Shown in pieces: positions 13,951 through 29,600 of a DNA stretch of 64,000 nt (position 1 is its first letter; every line of letters begins with the position of its first letter). The notes beneath the pieces were generated by a model. It did no database searches and was not told where the DNA came from. It saw nothing but the letters and a program-made list of their open reading frames with translations. Location: assembly GCF_009914755.1 (NCBI RefSeq), contig NC_060928.1. One strand, written 5' to 3'. The DNA is from the human T2T-CHM13v2.0 reference genome, Homo sapiens. Both the position numbers and the translations under genes were made by a program.

Positions 13951-14800
13951 TTTTCTGTCTTTCCAGTTATTGATATCAGCTTAGGGTTTCCTTGTAGGAA
14001 TTTCCCTAAACATTTCCCACTCTGATATCCTATGTCCTTCAACATTTTAAATCCTGGATTATCAAAGTTTTCATTTGTAAGTCTCATCCCATGCTATAGG
14101 TAAGTCTCAAGCCCATAAATTGTTAGCTGTATTTGTAACATAAGGCTGGAAAGTACATGATTGTCCATCCAGACCAAGACAAGGTAAAATCTCAGCACTC
14201 TGTTGAACACTTAGCTGCTCCCACTCCCACTAGGGATCTGGAGGTTAGTCTGAGAGGCCATGCTGGGGGTGAGTCCTTACTTAATATTACTGACACATCA
14301 GCTCCTGTGTCCATAAGCCCATAAAATTTTTCCTTTAATCTGTACTACACAGGTGGATCTATTAGAGGCTATAGGTTGTGATAGATTTCTCCTGTAGTTG
14401 TGCTCTCAAACCCTTTATTTCCTCATCTCTCCTCTCATGAAGGGTGTAATTTGCAGAGAATAAGCAATAGTTGTGCTATATATTCTCCCAGTTCAAAAAC
14501 CCAAAGATCTAATTTCTTCTTCATAATCAGAATCAATCACTCCAGGGACTGCAGTGATGCCTTTCAAGTTAAGATGGCTTTTGCCTAAAATTAGTCCCAT
14601 ATATCCTGCCGGTAAAGGTCCCCAAATGCCAGTGGGAACTTTGATAGTTTTGTCTCCACCAACTAATGTAATTCTTTCTCTGACTGGAAGATCTAATCCT
14701 GCACTTCCTGGGTTGAGGGAATTAATGTTTCTCCTGGGACCCACCCCTCAAATGCAGTTGTGGCCTGGACTGGGAATGCCCTCATTGTTTGAGGAGCCTG
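13950..14800 (-). pseudogene. pro: HML-6 pro: dUTPase, aspartic protease, G-patch; disrupted
   Basis: GSAGLDL / GLILGKS / GVIDSDY dUTPase motifs (14493-14744); GLMDTGADVS at 14291-14320; G-patch-like GFKMLKDIGYQSGKCLGK. Confidence 0.88.
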
Positions 14801-14816
14801 GGTCCAGACCCCCATC

Positions 14817-16351
14817 TCATTTCCCAATGGAGGGGGTGCCATTTTGGTGAAATTTTGAGTGGCGTTGATTAGCCCACTGATTTCCTTTGTTACAGTGAGG
14901 ACAGAGTCCTGGTGGTTTTTTTCCACTGGGGGTTGGGTGAACTGCATTATAAGATCCTTTCTGTCCTGAGATCAGGTGGCATTCCTTTTTAAAATGTCTA
15001 GTTTTTCCACAATTATAACATTTTCCCATTTTAGGGTTCAACCCTTGGCTCTTTTTTAGATTTGTTATCTTTTCTAGATTTGTTAACTACTAAATTAGCC
15101 ATTGCTTGCACTAACATTGCAGAGTGATGAAGCTCAGTTCCTACATCCTGACAAGCTCTGAGAAAATTTCCCAAGTTTTTTGTACAACTCACAGGTGCCA
15201 GTGCATGTTTACAATCCACATTTGCATTCTCAAAAGCTGAAGTCAAGGTTAGCATTTCTGCAGCAGTGGTGTGAGGAATCTGATGCTTCACTGCTTCCTG
15301 TAATCTTGCTTCCTGTAATCTTGTAATTTTCTTGTAAGCAAGAAAATGTGCTTAGGGCTCCTGTGACCCTTGCATGATATGTAAAAAGGATTGTACTGGG
15401 AGTCCCTCTTCAGGAATTGTGGCTCAGGTGCATTTAGCGGCCTGTGCACACTGCTGATGAGCAGTGTCTGGGAGTGCCATTTGATGTTCCAGGTATGAAT
15501 AAGGGCCATTACCTAACAGCATATCCTTTGTAATGTCTCCATGTCCAGCAGCGTGGTTCTGTCTAGCCTGGTCTGCACACATTTCTTGCCAATTTAAATT
15601 CCATGTCAGGTGTGCACTAGCAGACAAACAAGTGTGAGCCAAATGTTTTACATCAAAGGGTAGAAGGCACATAGCACCAAATACGGATTCTAGCAATCCT
15701 AAAATGAATGGGCTCTGTACCCCATTATTAACTACACTAGTTTTTAATTCCTTCAACAACTTAAACTCTAGTGGGGTGTGCTCATGAATAAACTGCTGTG
15801 GATTGTTTGGATCAGGCCTTATGGAAATAGGAAAAGTGCAAGGTCCTAAGGGCTCTCCAGTTATGGCAGCAGAGCATAAAATTCTTTGTATTGGGGTCTC
15901 TATTTCTGCTACCAAAGGAGGTGGTACAGATGTTTCTGCTATTGTAGGGGGCAGTATAGGCCAATTTTTATCCTTGCTCTCCTGTTTTTCATTTTCAATT
16001 TGTGCTGTGAGTGGGACAACCAATTCTTTCAGATTTTAAAACTCAGAACATGACTCCGACTGTCCAGCAGAATAAGGAGATAATGGCAGAAGGACAGTAT
16101 GAACTAAACACAAAGTGGAGAAAACAGAAGGATCAAATTTAAGACCTTTTTGATGAGCCATTTTAATCCTTCTCCTGCTCTGTCCCAATTTTCCACATCA
16201 AGAGTGCCTGTCTGTGGAAACCATGGGTTATACGTAATAACCTCCTGCAACATCTAAATGTCTGAGAATTAACTTGATCACCAGATTGTTTCAACAAAAC
16301 TTTAAGCAACTGCACATAATGTTTTCTTCAACAGACAAATTATGCCCCCAT
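14817..16351 (-). pseudogene. gag: HML-6 gag, disrupted
   Basis: Frameshifted MG start at 16351, capsid ORFs (15424-16023, 15031-15291), CCHC knuckle CYNCGKTRHFKKEC plus a degenerate second knuckle. Confidence 0.88.
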
Positions 16352-16559
16352 GTTACCCTGATTCAGAAAACTTCCCATTCCCAGTACTTCTTTAGAGCAC
16401 TGACCTTATATCGCTCCCATTACCTCTTTAGGGCACTGATCAGTACCTCTTTAGGGCACTGACATATCTGCTGCTGGCAGACTCATCCCAGCGTCCGTGT
16501 TCATCTTGTCAATTTCAATTCCTCTCTTCCAACAGACCTTCTTTGTTCACACCCTCTAA

Positions 16560-16579
16560 GTCCTTGTGTTTGGATGCTA
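16560..16579 (-). promoter_or_regulatory. Degenerate tRNA-Lys primer-binding site
   Basis: Minus strand 'tagcatccaaacacaaggac' just downstream of the 5' LTR resembles TGGCGCCCGAACAGGGAC. Confidence 0.65.
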
Positions 16580-16581
16580 CT

Positions 16582-17016
16582 TGATGCAGATCCAATCCCT
16601 GTTGGACTGGACAAAGGAGGATGAACATGGGAATAAAGATAAAGACAAAAGAATATATTTGGAATAAAGTGTTGGGGGCTCCTTGCTTCTAGTGAACAAG
16701 GGCCCTGAGCTTTAGAGCCCTTCATATTTATTGAGTAAAGGAGATAGGGAGAAGGGGGGTGGTTGTCAGTCAGCTGCTTGACTTAGAGCAGGCTTGCACA
16801 ACAGCAATCTTTGAACAGTAATCTCCACATGTTCCAGTAGATAACCTCAAGGAGCACAGTGCCAGGGAGTGATTGCCCTCAGCAAACCTTCTGTCTGCAG
16901 GAGCAGAAGTGAGATTGCCCACATTCTGCATTCATGATAAACAGTTTGTTGTTTGATCATATAACCTCAGTGAAATGCTGAGTTGGTCACTACCCACAGG
17001 CCTTCAGCTCTCTACA
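16582..17016 (-). repeat. 5' LTR (LTR3)
   Basis: Minus strand begins tgtagagagctgaaggcc and contains 'tgatcaaacaacaaactgtttatcatgaatgcag'. Confidence 0.92.
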
Positions 17017-17199
17017 CCCTACCTGACTCTCTCTGCATGTGAATGCAAACTGCAGGAGGGCAGGGACTTACTGTTCACTGCTGCACCTCCAGTGCCCAGG
17101 ATTGTACTTGTCTGACAGTTTGGATATGGTGGTCATGCAGTTTGGTGCATGGAATATCACTGCTAAGAGTACAACATTTCTGTCAGTGCTTGGAAGGAC

Positions 17200-19750
<2,551 letters not shown>

Positions 19751-19949
19751 ACCTCCATTTCTAAAAGTGTCACTGAGATATATGGGCACTGACTGCAGTT
19801 CTTTGGAAACAGTGATTTTCTAAATAACCTTTACATGATTTATACCTTAAAGCAGTGTCCAAACAAGGATCCAAGAACAAGTGTTAGCTCTATTTCTCAC
19901 TGCTTATTCTAGTTAACTCAATAGGAGTACTAGGAGGGCCCTAAAAAGA

Positions 19950-22080
19950 TATCTGGGGCATGAAACCTGGATGGAGGCAGTTTTTGGAAAGGAGAATAGG
20001 TTAACCTAAGAAAATTGGTCTCGGAGCAGATGACCCACAGAAGAAGGTATTTCAAAGCAAGAGGATCTCAGTGGATGAATAGATGCTGAAGCTCTAAAGC
20101 AAAGATCCAGAGAAGCCAGAGTCAGCTCTTCTATGTCAATGACAAACACCTTGTAGGGTAGATTAAGGCCACAGTAGTGGAGGATGGCATATTTTCTAAG
20201 TATGTTCTTCACAAACAACATGATGTTCATTTTTTTCTCTAATCATAGAGAAGCCATTCAAAGGAATGTGGGAGGCTTAGTGTATCTTTTATGCTTTTCA
20301 ATATATATTATGCAGGCAATTCTTCCTGTAACATAGAAGTATTTTTAGGCCTTAGGCTCATCTAATTTTCATTTGTAGGTAGAAATAAGAAATCCCTACA
20401 AGAAATAAATAAATCCCTACAACCTCACAATGTGAGCATGATATTGGTCTTGTGGGGACACAGCAGAGAAGACGGCAGCTCACTGGCATCTTCTGCACAT
20501 AAATGCAGCTGAATTTGCCCAGTGTGCACCCAAAGGTTGATTTTACTGAATTTGTTGTTTCGTAGCTTTGGTTAGAAAAGCTTTGCCAGTTGTACAAATA
20601 GGCAGAGGGTGTCCTCAGATAGCAAAGAATATCACTGAACTCGTTGATTCACAACAAATATGTCTTTTGCTCTTCCAGAGATCCTGGAAGGCTTAAAGAA
20701 TGCTAGTTTATAATGCGTTTTACTCATCTAGGCAGTTCTTACAGAGCCCTGTATGCTTGTTCCTTCTTGGTGCTTAATGTCTGTGTTAACATATCTGAAA
20801 TTCATAGGTAACACCTTTCCCAAGATAATTTAGCTCTGGTATTAGATTTAGAATCTTCATCCTGGTTTTTTTGGTCTAGTGTTTCTCAAACGTTATTAAA
20901 TTTACGTAAGCATATTCATCTACATCTTTTTAGATCTCATGGAAGATATACCAGTAAAGAGAAATGATGAAATTCCCAGCTCCCCACTTGTGGGAAGACA
21001 GATATGTGGCATCTCCTCTCCCCCAGATGATTTTGTGGCTTTGTTGGGATCCTGCCTGGCATCCCTGAATCTGTAAAGCCAGTTCATGAACAGTCTGGAC
21101 ATTGATAAGCCCCACGGTCGGCAATGCTGCTCCTAGATTCAGGAGGTAGGGCCAACTTCGGCTTTCTTGGACATTTGTTTCGGTTGGATAGGTGAAAGAC
21201 ACCTAGAGAATTTTGTAAGTGAGGAGCCAACACTGGGTAGGAAACAAGGCCAGAGGATTAAATAAGTATCTATGGTGACAAAGCACTGGAAGAAATTCCA
21301 GAAGTTGGAATAAACCATGTCCTGTGCTGTAACCACCAGAAATGGGCAGAACACCTCTTCAGGGGACTCGAGGTTAATGTTTTGCTACCTAGCAAACTGA
21401 TGTCAGGAAGATCTTAAACCTTCTAGTCTGTTCAACTCCTTCAATTTTCCCTAAGCATTTAGGGCAGCTGGCATCCAGATGATTATTCCTTTAGGTTAAG
21501 GTCTGAGTTTTAATTAAAATTACTGATGCCCAGAGGACTTACTCTCATTTTGGATAGTGAAGGCTGTGTGCTTGTCAGAACAGGATTGTAAGTGTAGTAG
21601 AATTGCCAGTCCTCCTTCCAGGTCATGTTGCTAAAAACCCTGAAACTTAGAGTAAGGATATTTCTAAGCTACAGTAACCATAGGCGCTATAAGCTTTGCT
21701 GGGTTCTTAGGTCTTCTGATAGGAATGGAAAGCGACCTGGGTTGCAGCAGGTCCTTCGAGGAACAAATGCCAAGACAGTATTAGATGGACAGGAATTCAC
21801 TGGGGTAGATGTCTATGAGAGAAAAGAGTAGGGGCCACAGGAGGGGCTTGCCCCACAAAGTAGGGAAGGAAGGAGGTCAGTTATAAATCCTCAGATTGCA
21901 ATGAGTTGCACAAGGACTTTGGGTAGGGCAATAGCAAGTCTTTGACTCAATGTTTGACAGGGATCCCACAGTGAGTTAATGGGCTTGCCTTCATGTCTTT
22001 GCCATGGCACCTTGGCTGGACCTTTTAGTCAATTGCACTCCCTACTGAAGGTATCTGAATGGAGCTTTCCCATGACCAGT
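19950..22080 (+). repeat. Ancient duplication of ~3100-5050 (block D)
   Basis: Shared anchors such as 'gcaaagatccagaga(a)g(c)cagagtcagctctt', 'caatgtgagcat' and 'tgcagctg(g/a)atttgc'. Confidence 0.8.
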
Positions 22081-22290
22081 AGAGCTCTAACCTGAGAAGA
22101 ATCCTAGAACTTGGATATAGATCTCAGGGCTGTTTTTTTGTTTGTTGTTAAGGTATAAAATCCAGTTACATCTGAAGCAAGGTGTAGATCTTCATATTGC
22201 TAGCTCTAGACTCTACAGGGTGAACATAATCAGCTACTTAAATAGTTCGTGTTGTAAGCTTCACTGAGCATTAAGAAATTAACAACTTAT

Positions 22291-22613
<323 letters not shown>

Positions 22614-24859
22614 CTATAGGTTACTACTCAGGAAGTCTTTTGTAAAACAGGTGGAGTGTCCTGATGTCTGGTTGGGAAACTGGAAATGCAATACAATCAC
22701 TTTCTTCCTGGGTGTATTGCATGTATTAGAATATTAGAGGTATTAGTGTAAATGGGTTTCCTCTATTTGCAAGGTTAAAATCAGTCACTAGTTAGTAAAC
22801 TTGGGAAGTTAGGAAGGTGAATTAAATAATTAAGAATCTGTTAACAGGGTAGCTCCTTTGGTATGGACAGTGAGAAGAGGGTACCCCCAATCTTAGATTC
22901 CTAAGGAACTGTTGTCTAAGCATAATACATCGTAAGTGAGCTCACAAATAGACCATAAACCTGAATTTTTGAGTAGGTGAACAAGAAATTATTAGTATCT
23001 TTGGTTATCCCTTGATGTTAATCACATAGAGCAACATGACAAGTTTCAAGGTATAGTAGAGTCTATGCTAGTCTTGACTTGAGTAAGAACTCCTCAGTGA
23101 GCAAGATAGCATAAGCTCAGAGACCTAATGATTCTGTGTACTTGGCTTGGGTTTTATAGAAAAGAGTGTGAGTGTTCAACATTTATTGCCACATTCTCAG
23201 CCAAACACATCCCTGACTTTCTTCTGGAGAGAATCTATTCCCCATCTGCCTCTCCCCTTGGTCATTCTTAGCTGTAGGTCTAGATGACTTTTTATTAGGG
23301 TAATATCCCATTTCCTTTCCCACATCCCCATAACTACCATGACTAGTTCAAGGAACGGCATGCTATCTTAGATGGTCATGCTACTAAAACTCAATATGTG
23401 CTAAAACTGGCATCTGTTCCAGAGCAGCTTTTGGAAGAAATATTTGCAAAATAATGCATTATGGAGCACAGGCCCTCATAAGACTATGAAATTCCTAATC
23501 AGAGTGAGGGTGGTATTAGGGCACTATGTGGACCGTGAGAATGAATCTGATACCAGAGAAGGTAGAGGACACAAGAAAATCTGGTTCTTGGAGAAACTGA
23601 GCCTGTCGAACCAGCCTTACTTGGACCAGTCAAACTCAACCAGCTTTGACTTTATTTATTCCCTAACCTGTCATGCTGCCTTATGTGATTACAATCAAGG
23701 GATACTGTTAAAAAAAACAAAGCCTGGTCATTTAGTGTTGGTTCACCTACTCAAAAATAAGTTCTGCTTTCTGGTATATTTGTGGGCCCACTTATGTGGA
23801 TATTACTGTTTGTGAGCCGATTACTTATTTTTACTTAAGCTAGTGTAGTTAGGTGTTTGTCACTTGCAGACCAAAGAATCCTAAAAGTTATAGCCCAATG
23901 CATCACTAATGTATGTATTAGAGTAAATGGGTTTCCTCTATTTGCAAGGTTAATGAAGTTGGAGTGAACTGAATAATTCAGGTTTCTCAGACTACACACT
24001 TTAGGAAACTACCTTCTCCCATTTTAAAGGGAGCCAGAAAGCTTATGCCAAGGCAAATATAATGAAATTATTCCATACCCATGTGGCCATCTTGTTTATA
24101 ATAAATCTAGTATATATGCCACTTTACAAAGGCAAGATAGTGCTCTTAAAGTCATGACTAATGCAAGTTTTAAAAAGTTAAGTATCCCCTGCCATATGTG
24201 GGACTACTGTCCAGAACTAATGCTGGTTAAAACAAAGAAGAAGCTTTAAATGAAATAAAATACAAACTGAAGGACTAGCTCGGTGGTGTCATGGTTAATA
24301 ACAAACCCTTGTGCAAGCGAGTTGCCTGGATCCTAGTGAGTCAGTAAATCCAGTGAGCCTCCAATCAAAATAAATGAATTCTGGCCTCACTGGTCAGCCT
24401 GGGTTCCTTGGGCCACTTAATTTTGGATTCTCCTTGATGAGCTGCTTTGTGAGACATCAATGGGAGCCATAAGAGAGCTTTGCCCAGGAAAGTCACGAGT
24501 TTACTTGGGTCAAGAGTAGAAAGATACCGCTTGTAGTGGAACATAAAACCATAACTAGGAATCCAAAATTGGCCCAGAGCAAATGGGAGGTGACAACTTG
24601 ACATACTTTGAAATACTGGTAGTAGTAGGGAGTTTTAGAAGGGAAGATCCATATACCTCAGACATCACATCGATATGGAATAAAGTTAATAACCATAGTT
24701 AGGGTAATGCAGGAATGGGCCCAGTCACCTCTTCTGACTTAGATGGTATTTTTTGCTACTCCATTTCCTCTGAATGGAGTAGTCTGTGTCTACAGGGATA
24801 TGCAAGATTGCTTCCACATCTGAATTATAGGATGAAGTTTCATTTGAAACTACTCTATG

Positions 24860-26640
24860 CTGGCTTTTGTCCTCTTACATGTAGATGTCAGGGTAGGATT
24901 AGATGTTCAAGAGATTCAGAGGTAGGAAGAAAGTGCTGTGAGGGAAATTAAGGAAGGAGCCAAAAGAGTCTGGGAGAAGATCAGATCACAGTGTAGGTCT
25001 GGCCTTGTTAGGGAAAGAGAAGAAAGATGTTTGTTAGGAAGTACCTTAGACCGAGGTACAATACTAAGTGTTCTGGGAAGGCTGGCGACAAATACCAGAG
25101 CCCAAATTGCCCATCAGAGGAGTCATAAATGTCTTAAATGGGGCTGCCTTAGCACCCTGGTTGCGTTCAGGCAGAATGAGGCAGTGGAAGTATAGCATTC
25201 TAATAGCCCCTACAGTTAGCCCTTGTTGTGCAGACTTACTACTTTGCAGAGTTCAGAACAGTGACTCCTTGTCCTATAGGATACCCTTCCTGAGAAGAAT
25301 TTCAAGAGGATACTACTGAGATGAAATAAAGCTCCTGCCACTGAAGCTGATCTGGGGTCACAACAGATACTCATCTTCTGCCTCCTTTACCATCAACCCT
25401 GCATTCTTTGCCTTTAGCTGAGGTTTAGTGCTTACCTGGTGATGTGACCCAAACCTTCATCTTAAAGTGTCTGAACCCTAGTGATCATGTGCTTCTCAAG
25501 ACAGGGCTGCTGAATGTTGGGGTTACAGTAGGGCGAGAAAAGTATGAGGAGATACTGGAGTGCATCACCTGGGTTTCATCCATATTCTTACTGCTCTCAG
25601 AGTGTAAGATAGCACAATCTCTTACTAATCGGTCACTTACCCCTGCCATGAGGAAGACTGTAAGTGACCAGTGGCTCATTCAGAGCTATGGAAAATGGGG
25701 TCATTCTTCTAAATGTTGGGCCCTGCATCAGAACAACTTATTAAATGTTCTTGCTTTTAGTGAATGGAAGAGTTTAACAGGATTCAGGTGCCTGTAGGGG
25801 AACACACTGCACCTGTGCTGTCTTCCCACTGGGAATACAGGGCTCTATAGGTGCTTCTGTAATATACTGCTGCATCATGAACTAGGGCACTCCACACATT
25901 TAGCACATTTACCTGGATTTAATGCTTCTGCTGTGCTTTCTGAAGCCTCTTCCAACATTGAGGCTACATGCTTCTGAATGGTGGTAATATGACCAGTTGA
26001 CCTCAAGAACAGGGGCCCACTCTGTAACTTCTATGACCTCAGTCCATTCATAAGATCCTTTGCTGGGTATAATTCCACATCTGTGAATGACGTAGTGCAA
26101 ATATCTCCAGACAGTGGTTGTGGTTAAGAATCTGCAAGCAGGAAAGACAAACCTATACCAAAACATATTCCTGTGAATGGAAGCAGCTCAATGTAGTCAA
26201 TTTGCCAAGTGGCAAGTCTTCTTAAATAGTGCTATATTGGGATTCAACACTTGTCTCACTACAGGCTGGGCATTCAGCTGTAGCAGTAGCTAAGTTGTCT
26301 CTAGGAAATACGGTCCAATGTTGAGTACCTATGTAGCCTCAATCTCAGCCACCATGGTCATTGTCATTTTCCCATTGTCTGACAAACATTGGCTGACAAC
26401 TGGAAAGGCTATTTTGTCTGGTTGTTCGTTGAGTCTTCTGTGACTGGTGCTCTGTAGTGGGTGTTAATTAACATCTGACATGAAATCTACATGTCTTTCA
26501 CATGCATGTCCTATAGACTTTCTTGTCTCTTTCTAGTCCTTTCCATCCAGGCTACTGACCAGATGACTAGGCCATCGGTCCCTGCTGAGAGATCAGTATA
26601 CATTCTCTTCTTGGGCCATGTGTCGCTCCACTTAAGGTAG
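24860..26640 (-). mobile_element. ERVL LTR plus internal 3'/integrase remnant
   Basis: The reverse complement of 25420-25480 matches ERVL 'atgaaggtttgggtcac..caccaggtaa'; integrase-like segment paralogous to 1-900. Confidence 0.6.
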
Positions 26641-27404
26641 ATTCATAGTGAACTGGCTCGAGTTGTTAATTATTTTTCCCAAAGTTGGGGGCCTGAGAGG
26701 CATTTTTATGGCTGCTGAAACCAGAGTCTAGGTAAGATGCTTTCGAATTGGAAATAGTCCTCAGCATTTGGAATACAAGTTTGTCTCTCTCCTAATCCCA
26801 AAATATTTTTTTCTCACAAAAGCTTATAAATTCCTGAACAACCTAAACTTGGATTCACTGACATATGTGTACCCTTTTGATAAGAGGTCCTTTTGATTAA
26901 GGGGTTGAGGAAAATTTTTGATTACTTGATAATGAAATTCTTGAAGCATAGTTTCTCACTTAATAGAAGTTGAAAGCAGGCTGACCCTAGGATACTCCAG
27001 GTTCTCGTCAGCAATGCCCATGAACGCTCAAATTCCATGTTCCAAAAGTTCAGGCAAGGAGGCAGGATTGATGCCTGTCAGGTTTGGGCTGAGGAGTGAT
27101 GGCACAAACCAATGTCTTGCCCAGGTGGTATAACTTGATTTCAAGCCTTAGTCCTTGTGGATTAGGTGTGATGAAATACACAGCTACTTACCTTTGCATC
27201 TGTAATGAGTAGAATCTATAACCTAGGGGTTTAAGTACCTTTTCCTTGGTGGAGTCTTTCCAGTTGGTGTGAGTATGTGACATAAAATGGTATGTTTCTC
27301 AATAGTTCATTTGTCGAAACAAATACTTAGCCTATTGGCTGTTGCCTGCATTTCTGCATGAAAATACTATAATTGGAAGTTTTTCCTCTTCTTGTATTTC
27401 TTAA

Positions 27405-27905
27405 AAATTTTTTATTTCCATAGGTTTTTGGGGAACGGGTGGTATTTGGTTACAAGTAAGTTCTTTAGTGGTGACTTGTGAGATTTTGGTGCATCCATCA
27501 GCTGAGCAATACACACTGAACCTGATTAGTAATCTTTTATCCCTCACCCCTTTGCATCCTTTCCCCCTGAGTCCCTAAAGTCCATTGTGTCATTGTTATG
27601 CTTATAGCTTAGCTCCCACTTATGAGAACATATGATGTTTGCTTTCCATTCCTGAATTCGCTTAGAATAGTTTCCAATACCATCCAGGTTGCTGTGTATG
27701 CCATTAATTCATTCCTTTTTATGGCTGAGTAGTATTCCATGGTGTGTATATATATGTATATACACATGGTGTGTATATACACATATATATGTGTATACCT
27801 GTTACAGTTTCTTTATCCACTCATTGATTGATGGGCATTTTGGTTGGTTCCACATTTTTTGCAATTGCAAATTATGCTGCTATAAACATGCGTGTGCAAG
27901 TATCT
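27405..27905 (-). mobile_element. L1 3' end (L1PB-like), 5'-truncated
   Basis: 'tttatttccataggtttttggggaac.ggtggtatttggttac' is antisense L1PB 3' UTR; absent from the paralogous copy at ~7870. Confidence 0.8.
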
Positions 27906-28558
27906 TTTTCTTCCTTGTGTAAGCAATGTCCCTATAAGAAGAGTCTGCCTACTAGCTTGAGAGGGAGTCTGTTTCTTTCTCTAAACCTGTTTCCTGATCT
28001 TTGTCAGACATCATATCTCATCTACAAAAGTTGAGCAACAGAATGTGTGGGAAATCACTTCAAATGGAATAAACTATATTTTTTTCCAGAAGGGATATGT
28101 GCTTAAGGAAGAATGGCAGAAAAACTATTTCTGTGGGCCAAAACTTGCAAGCTTGCCCTAATTGGGCATTCTCTTGATCCTGTGGCTGAACAAAATATCT
28201 CAATGTGAGACTGGACCCTATTACATGCTGGAAGGAAACTACTAGGATAGCCAAAGGACCTGAGCTTTTGTTTAGGGATCTGTCAGAATTTATTTTGTGA
28301 CTGGATAGTGAATGACTCTAATGAGTAATTCATATATATTAGTCTCAACCCACATTCTAATACAACTGTATGTGTGTTCTATACCATGGACATTTTACAC
28401 TGAAAAGTGGTGGCAAAAGCTGCTTACTTGTTCTTGTGGTCTAAATCTTAACCTGCATGTGTAGACTCTACACATACCACCTGTGTGCACAAAAGCTGAG
28501 TGCCCCAAGTAAAATAAGGATAAAGGAAAGTCAGTGTTGCAAAATGTGGTCTTGCTAC

Positions 28559-28851
28559 CGTTGCTGAATGCCAGGGGTTCCGCCTAGGTCTGGTGGCTTG
28601 CCACAGAGAAAGCCAATTACTGAGACAATGAGTATTGCCAGGGAAGACAGACTTTACCCCAGGTGATGTCAGTGGGGAGACTTCCTTTCTTAGGAACTCA
28701 CTTTTCTTGTCTGACAGTTGGTTTCCTAAGGAGGGAACTCAGACAAGACAAAGGTAAGTTTCTCAAGCTTTAAGACTGAAGGGTCAATTTTTATTTCTAT
28801 ACAAAAAAAACATGTAGATATCAGTTCTCTGGGAAAATTGGGCCAGTTTCA
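28559..28851 (-). mobile_element. ERV1 solo LTR, internally deleted (LTR47/LTR26-like)
   Basis: Minus strand starts tgaaactggcccaattttccc; imperfect 4-bp TSD ctac/caac; absent from the paralog at ~8935. Confidence 0.6.
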
Positions 28852-29480
28852 CAACAATCTCAGTTAATGGCAGATTAGAGCAAATCAAAGATGTGCTGTA
28901 TGCACTGGCAACCTTAATGAAAACAGGACTGCTTCTTTCCCTATCACAAACCCACTCCACATCCTACTTTGTTTCCTTCATAGTACTTACACCTGTTTGT
29001 CTCCACATTTGAGTTCAAACTGCAGGCAGGGATTTATAGTTCACTGTACCTTGGTGCCTGGGCTCATGCTGGCCTGACTCTGTCAATGTTCGATATGTTG
29101 CTTATTGGGTATAGCAGTCACATAGTAGTGCATGGAATATTATCGCTAAGAGTGCAACCTCGTTATTGCTTAGAAACAGGACTTGAGTGTTTAAGATTAC
29201 TTACCTGGGATCTCTGGAAGATCTTGAGAAAGCTTACATGCATTTGTATAATCTTTTGAGGAAGGCAGTATACAGGACAGCCAGAGTAAGAGAATGAAGT
29301 GAGACAGGAAAACTGCAGTGACTTCACCTGCGTACCACTTTCCTGGAAAACACACAGCTGCTTGCTTCCTCTGTAGGCCAAGTAAAAATAATGTAACAAC
29401 ATCTGCTGGAGAACACTGCAGTGTAGTAGACTGCTGAAATTCTTGTAGTTGTGAACGTCCATGTACTTCTTAAGGTTCCT

Positions 29481-29600
29481 ATTAGGTTGCAAAAGTAACT
29501 GTGGTTTTGGCCAATATGCAGGAGGTGGAGGCTGTGGTGAACCAAGATCGGGCCACTCCACTCCAGCCTGGGTGACAGAGCGAGACCCTGTCTTCAAAAG
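29481..29600 (+). mobile_element. MADE1 (mariner MITE) fragment fused to an Alu 3' fragment
   Basis: 'attaggttgcaaaagtaactgtggttttggcca' followed by 'ggaggtggaggc...cactccagcctgggtgacagagcgagaccctgtct'. Confidence 0.7.

Larger units (their letters stand above)
9079..17016 (-). mobile_element. Full-length defective HERV-K(HML-6)/HERVK3 provirus with LTR3-type LTRs
   Basis: Two ~430-bp LTRs with TG...CA ends, 6-bp TSD CCCTAC (9073-9078 and 17017-17022), degenerate Lys primer-binding site, polypurine tract, and gag-pro(dUTPase)-pol-env order. Inserted into an L2-like remnant. Confidence 0.93.

Noticed and set aside
20960-21072. Possible C/D box snoRNA (ATGATGA...CTGA)
   Set aside because: No convincing terminal stem, and the boxes are not retained in the paralogous block near 4150-4300.
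27737-27800. Palindromic TA/CA hairpin
   Set aside because: Simple-repeat expansion commonly found at this position of L1 3' ends.
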